Below, piece by piece: positions 59,348 through 64,000 of a DNA stretch of 64,000 nt. Made by a program: the position numbers and the translations under genes. Numbering within the stretch: position 1 is the first letter of the stretch; every line of letters begins with the position of its first letter. This DNA is from an uncultured Veillonellaceae bacterium (lineage in GTDB: Bacteria > Bacillota > Negativicutes > UBA1444), in the NCBI GenBank assembly GCA_964521625.1, contig CAZFSM010000018.1, positions 10,479 through 74,478 of the forward strand, written 5' to 3'. A model generated the notes under the pieces. It did no database searches. It saw only the letters and a program-made list of their open reading frames with translations, and was not told the DNA's origin.

Positions 59348-61045
59348 TCATACAAACTTTCCGCCGACCATTACTCGCTCCGGCGCAAGCGACGGCATCG
59401 CCGCCAACGTCATGGAATAAAGGTCGTGGGACCAAATCACCAAATCTGCTAATTTTCCTTCTTCCAATGATCCGACGATCTTCTCATCAAAACCAGCATA
59501 AGCCGACCCCATCGTATGCATCCGCAGCGCTTCCCTTATTGTGAGCTGTTCAGCCGGATTCGGCGTATACCTGCTGTTGGTCGTTCGCCCCACAGCCCCG
59601 ATAAATGCCCATTTTGGTTCCAACGCAATCGTTGCTGGCACGTCACATCCGAACGCTACAGGAATCCTCATGTTTAGCATCGTCTTTAACGGCAGAAACC
59701 GCTGCATGGTTTTCTCATCCGTCATCCCTTTATATCCATCAGAGTGGAACCGGATCCATTGCGGCGACACCGATACAACAATCCCCAGCTGCTTTATGCG
59801 TTCCAGCGCTTTTTCCGTCGGAAACATGCAATGCTCGATGCGATGGCGATGATTGGCCCGAGGTACCGCCTGCAACGCATCTTCGATGGCGTTGACCGCC
59901 ATGTCGATCGCTCTGTCACCCATCGCATGGAAGGCTACCTGGTGGCCTGCAGAGTGAAACATGCGGGTCATCCGGTTCAACACCGCTTGATCATGATAGA
60001 CATAGGAAAGTTTTGCCGCTTCCAGATTCGTATCATACATCAGCATTGTTTTGGGTGCCGGTCCACCGTCCACGGCCAGCTTATACCCCCCTGTCACGAG
60101 CATCGGGTTAGTGCTGGATTCGCGCTTGCGAAGAACTTCCTCTGCTTCTTTTTCGTTGCTGACATATTCCATTAGCTGGATTCGCATTGTCAGCCGGTTA
60201 TCCTTGGCTGCAGCATAATATCCAGCAATCCTCTGGGGGGGGACAATAACATCCTGGCCGCTGGTATAACCTGCAGCCAGGCACCTCAGCTGTCCTCTCT
60301 CCACATCCCCGACAAGGCTAGCTGTGTCGAGATCGGAAATTCCCTGAGCCACTCTGTTCACCAAATTTTCGGCCGGATAATGGAATAGCAAGCCATTTGG
60401 TTCCATCGTTCCGGCTTTTCTGCCGATCTTCCCCGAATAAGGATCGGCAGAATTGGCCGTTATGCCAGCCAATTCTAGCGCCAAACTGTTGGCAGTCGAA
60501 TGTTGGCCCGAATTGTGTCTCAATAGAACCGGATTTCGCGGCGCCACTTCATCAAGCTCCCAACGAGTCGGCGTATGTTCCAGTCCTAGGGTAAAGCCCT
60601 GGTTTCCTACAATCCACTCACCCGGGTTTGCTGTTTTCGCCCGATCGGCTACCAGTTGCATCAAGGCCGCTTTGGTTGGAGTCAGCGGAAACCTAATATT
60701 CAGGAACTGCGGGCGATACTGCATCCCATAAACCATGACATGAACATGGGAGTCCACCAAGCCAGGAGTTACCGTTTTTCCCTTCAAATCGATGATCTCT
60801 GTCCGATTGCCTATCCAAGACTTAACTTCTTCGTTGCTGCCGACTTTGACTATTTTGCCATTATTCACGGCCATAGCTTGAGCTACCTTATCTTTGGCGT
60901 CCACAGTAATGATGTTCCCATTGAACAATACTATGTCGGCTGCCTCAAACGCCATCGCCACCCGCGGCAATCCATCCAATGCTGACAGAGCTCCAATCCC
61001 TAAAGCTGTAGTCTGAATAAATTCTCTGCGCGATATCGTTCTCAT
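59348..61045 (-). CDS. Tat-exported YtcJ-like amidohydrolase
   Basis: SRREFI Tat motif; PGLVDSHVH, FHAMGDRA, RHRIEH, GSLEEGKLADLVI; GGAGG SD. Confidence 0.9.
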   Translation of the reverse strand: MRTISRREFIQTTALGIGALSALDGLPRVAMAFEAADIVLFNGNIITVDAKDKVAQAMAVNNGKIVKVGSNEEVKSWIGNRTEIIDLKGKTVTPGLVDSHVHVMVYGMQYRPQFLNIRFPLTPTKAALMQLVADRAKTANPGEWIVGNQGFTLGLEHTPTRWELDEVAPRNPVLLRHNSGQHSTANSLALELAGITANSADPYSGKIGRKAGTMEPNGLLFHYPAENLVNRVAQGISDLDTASLVGDVERGQLRCLAAGYTSGQDVIVPPQRIAGYYAAAKDNRLTMRIQLMEYVSNEKEAEEVLRKRESSTNPMLVTGGYKLAVDGGPAPKTMLMYDTNLEAAKLSYVYHDQAVLNRMTRMFHSAGHQVAFHAMGDRAIDMAVNAIEDALQAVPRANHRHRIEHCMFPTEKALERIKQLGIVVSVSPQWIRFHSDGYKGMTDEKTMQRFLPLKTMLNMRIPVAFGCDVPATIALEPKWAFIGAVGRTTNSRYTPNPAEQLTIREALRMHTMGSAYAGFDEKIVGSLEEGKLADLVIWSHDLYSMTLAAMPSLAPERVMVGGKFV

Positions 61046-61137
61046 CACAAAAACCTCCAATCCCATTTTTTCATGGACAGGTATTTGCCAGTGAGTCATT
61101 TTTATTGCGAAGGTATTTATCCGATATTCAAGTAATA

Positions 61138-61389
61138 TTATCGATTTTGTTTCTTCGTTTTCACGTAAATTCCTTCTAAGCTGGCGGCCAAATCCTTCTG
61201 CATTTCCTCGCGTACGTGGGAGTATATCGACAGAGTAACGGTCACGTTGAAATGCCCCAGCCTTTCCTGCACAGCCCTTGCCGACCATCCCGCCTGCATC
61301 AAGTCCGTTGCGTGAGCGTGGCGAAGGTCATGCATCCGAAATTTCGCCTTAAAATCCTTTGTAGGATTGCCGTCTTTGTCGAGTGTCAA
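61138..61389 (-). pseudogene. C-terminal remnant of a tyrosine integrase
   Basis: HDLRHAHAT, VQERLGH, TLSIYSH catalytic motifs; N-terminal domains absent. Confidence 0.85.
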
Positions 61390-61450
61390 CGCTAATGATA
61401 AAATGCAAAATCACATTGGCGTTGACACGCAAACGAAGACATATTTTATC

Positions 61451-61497
61451 AAAGCAGAGTAGCAGATTTCCAAATGGAAAACTTGCTACTCTGCTTT
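61451..61497 (-). terminator. Terminator after GGDEF-EAL gene
   Basis: AAAGCAGAGTAGCAG...CTTGCTACTCTGCTTT. Confidence 0.75.
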
Positions 61498-61521
61498 GTT
61501 TGAATCATAGTACTACTCGAT

Positions 61522-64000
61522 TCACTGTTCTGCTTTGTGAATGGAAAAACGCAGGGCTTCACCCGGAGGAATCGGTTTACTGAAAATATAGCCCTGCACG
61601 AAGTCGCAACCAAATTGCACCAGATTTTTCAGTTGCACCTCGGATTCCACGCCTTCTGCCGTGACCTGCAGACCGATCGTATGCGCCATATCGATGATGG
61701 AGCGGACAAAATCCTTTTGTACACGATCCTCCAATATTTTGTCGATGAAAGATTTGTCAATCTTTAGTGTTTCCACCGGCAGATTTCGCAAATAGGTCAG
61801 CGAAGAAAAACCTGTGCCAAAGTCGTCGAGGGCGAGTCTTACGCCCATCTCCTTCAATTGGCCGAGTTTTCTTGTACTGTCTTCCAACGAATCGATCAGG
61901 ACATTCTCGGTAATTTCCACTTCCAGTTGTTTTGGTTGGATGCCTGTCCCTTCGATTGTGAGACGAACCATCTCGACAAAATCCTCTGAAGCCAATTGCC
62001 GTGGGGAAATGTTAACCGCGACGTGCAGATTCTCCCTGCCGCTGTCCGCCAACTTACGAGCAAATCGGCAGGCTTCTTCAACCACCCAGGTGCCGATGGG
62101 TAAAATCAGTCCGCTATTTTCCGCCAATGGAATAAACCGCGCCGGTGACACCATCCCGTGTTCCGGGCTGTTCCAACGCAGTAAAGCCTCAAACCCAATC
62201 ACTTTATTGTCACTGAGCGCAATTTGTGGTTGGTAGTGCAGGGTAAGCTCGTTGCGCTCCAAAGCATGCCGCAGGCTTTGCGTCAAAGACCACTTGAAGT
62301 AAGCATCTTTAAGCATTTCGGGCTCAAAAAAGCGCCAGCAGTTTCGTCCGGCTGCTTTGGCTGCGTACATGGCACTGTCTGCATTTTTCAGGATTTCTTC
62401 GGCGTCGTTTCCATCACCGGGGTAAATTGTCACTCCGACACTGGCCGACATATGGATGCTGCGACCGCCCACTTGGTACTCCCGCTGGGAAGCGCTGACA
62501 AGACGATTGGCGATTTGGGCAATCGTTTTCAAGCGGTCTTCACCGAACAGGATTACGATAAACTCATCCCCGCCGACCCGCGCAACAAAAGCTTCCGGGC
62601 CTACCGTATCAGCAATCTGGCTGGCAGCCGCTTTGATGACATCGTCGCCGCAGGAGTGGCCAAAACTATCGTTGACTGTTTTTAGATCATCAAGGTCAAT
62701 ATAAAATACGGCGCCCGCTGCCGCTCCCGATCGGGCTTTTCGCATTTCTTCATCTAGGCGGTTATTCAAAAACGCACGGTTGGGCAGATCGGTCAGAGGA
62801 TCGTGAAGGGCTTGATGATGGGTTTTTTGATGGGCCATTGCGTTTTTTACCGCAATCGTTGCCACCGTGGCCATCTGTTCAAATACGGCAAGTTTCGCCT
62901 GGTCGAATACAAAGGGTTCGCCAAACGAGGATAACCCAATGCAGCCCGTAATCTTTCCATTGATGATTAACGGGGCCTGCATTTGCGCAGTCATTGTATC
63001 GGTAAATGCGCCCCCCAGCGACCGGGCCAGTTGGCGTAATTGTGGACAACGACCGTTTTGCCGGTTCGCAGGACTTCTCCATAGATTCCCTTTCCGTCAA
63101 AGAATGAGGACTTGCCGACCCGTTCCTCATAGCGACCCAAACCACACTGAATGGTGGCATGGCATCCATCCGGCTCAAAAAAAGAAATGAATCCATGCGG
63201 AAGATTCATAAAGGCGGCAGCCTGCGTCAGAATATTTTGCAGAGATTTGACAAGATCCAGTTCATTCACCAGGATGGCTGTCATGTCCGCCAGCCGCTGC
63301 AACAGATCTTTCTGATACGTGAGTTGCTGCCTGGTTTGTGATTTTTCCAACGCGATGGAAGCCAACCTGCTGAATTGGCGCAAAACTTCCTGATCCTCAT
63401 TGGTCACCCGGTGGACCTCATCGCGCCAGTTGGCGGTCAGGGCGCCCTGTACTTTTCCGTCAATCAGCAGCGGCACCATGATGACGGTTGTCGAATGGGC
63501 AAGATTGGCATCGGTCAAACGAGGGGCATATTGGCGATAGTCTTCTACGAACAGCATTTCACCCGATCTAAATACTTCGCCCAATATTCCGGAGTCTATC
63601 GGGCGGGGCGGCAAAAGCATTTCGGGGGCATAGCCGACCGCGTGGCGTACCACAAAATTATTGCCGTGCTCTTCCTGCAAACCGATGGACCCGCCAGGAG
63701 CGCCGACTAGACTAATGGCATCCCGCAAAATGATTTTTATCAGTTCATCAAAATCTTCATTGGGATGGGTCAACAGATCGGTTGTAGCCTGATACTGCTT
63801 TCCGCGCAAAAACAACTCCTGTTCCTTTTGCCGGCGGAATTCGATTTCTTCGCTAAGTAGCCGATTCGCTTCCAGAAGCGACTCGTTCATGGCTGTCATT
63901 TCTTCGTTCATCGCCGTCAGTTCCTGATTGGCGGCTGCAAGCTCCTGCGTGCGCGTATCGACCAGTTCTTGCAGCTTTTGCGTATGAAGATGAAGTTCTT
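61522..64000 (-). pseudogene. GAF-GAF-GGDEF-EAL protein split by a 1-nt frameshift (5' end outside window)
   Basis: Upstream frame is open from the window edge to 62991; downstream frame has HDPLTDLPNR, GGDEF, EALLRW, DDFGTGFSSL; the break falls inside the second GAF at a G6 run (63011-63016). Confidence 0.8.

Noticed and set aside
61046-61288. N-terminal extension of the amidohydrolase in the ORF track (646 aa)
   Set aside because: Overlaps the integrase remnant in another frame; the SD and Tat motif support a start at 61045

Overview
Bacterial chromosomal window. By inference it comes from a diderm Firmicute (Negativicutes/Sporomusaceae-like), because Firmicute-type SpoIIE/STAS, ResB/ResC and sigmaH-like promoters occur alongside RND, Tat and periplasmic proteins. 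1-3.6 kb: hemL 3' part, a class V aminotransferase/cysteine desulfurase and a LysR regulator. 3.8-19.4 kb: a large, unusually arranged dissimilatory sulfite reduction cluster: fdx-dsrA-dsrB-dsrC-YeiH-type exporter-56 aa microprotein, an antisense radical SAM gene, then dsrM'-dsrK'-dsrT-dsrK-dsrJ-dsrO-dsrP-dsrM-resB-ccsA. It has no dsrD, its DsrJ has only two CXXCH motifs, and the extra DsrM has only one His pair. 19.5-56.9 kb: zinc-ribbon gene, CitA/DcuS-type two-component system, RND pump, yjiH-yjiG-M20 hydrolase, a 37-aa repeat protein, secreted cysteine peptidases, a c-di-GMP-I riboswitch in front of a PstS-like/GGDEF-HD-GYP pair, a PPDK-like receiver protein before gdhA, a chemoreceptor/STAS/SpoIIE-kinase module, a guanylate-kinase-like gene with a probable ATT start, an acyl-CoA dehydratase activase, and a LytTR regulatory system. 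From 57 kb: a tRNA-Lys 3' fragment (att site) marks the edge of a decayed integrative element carrying an integrase remnant and a frameshifted GAF-GGDEF-EAL gene. All calls are by motif recognition; no database searches were run.
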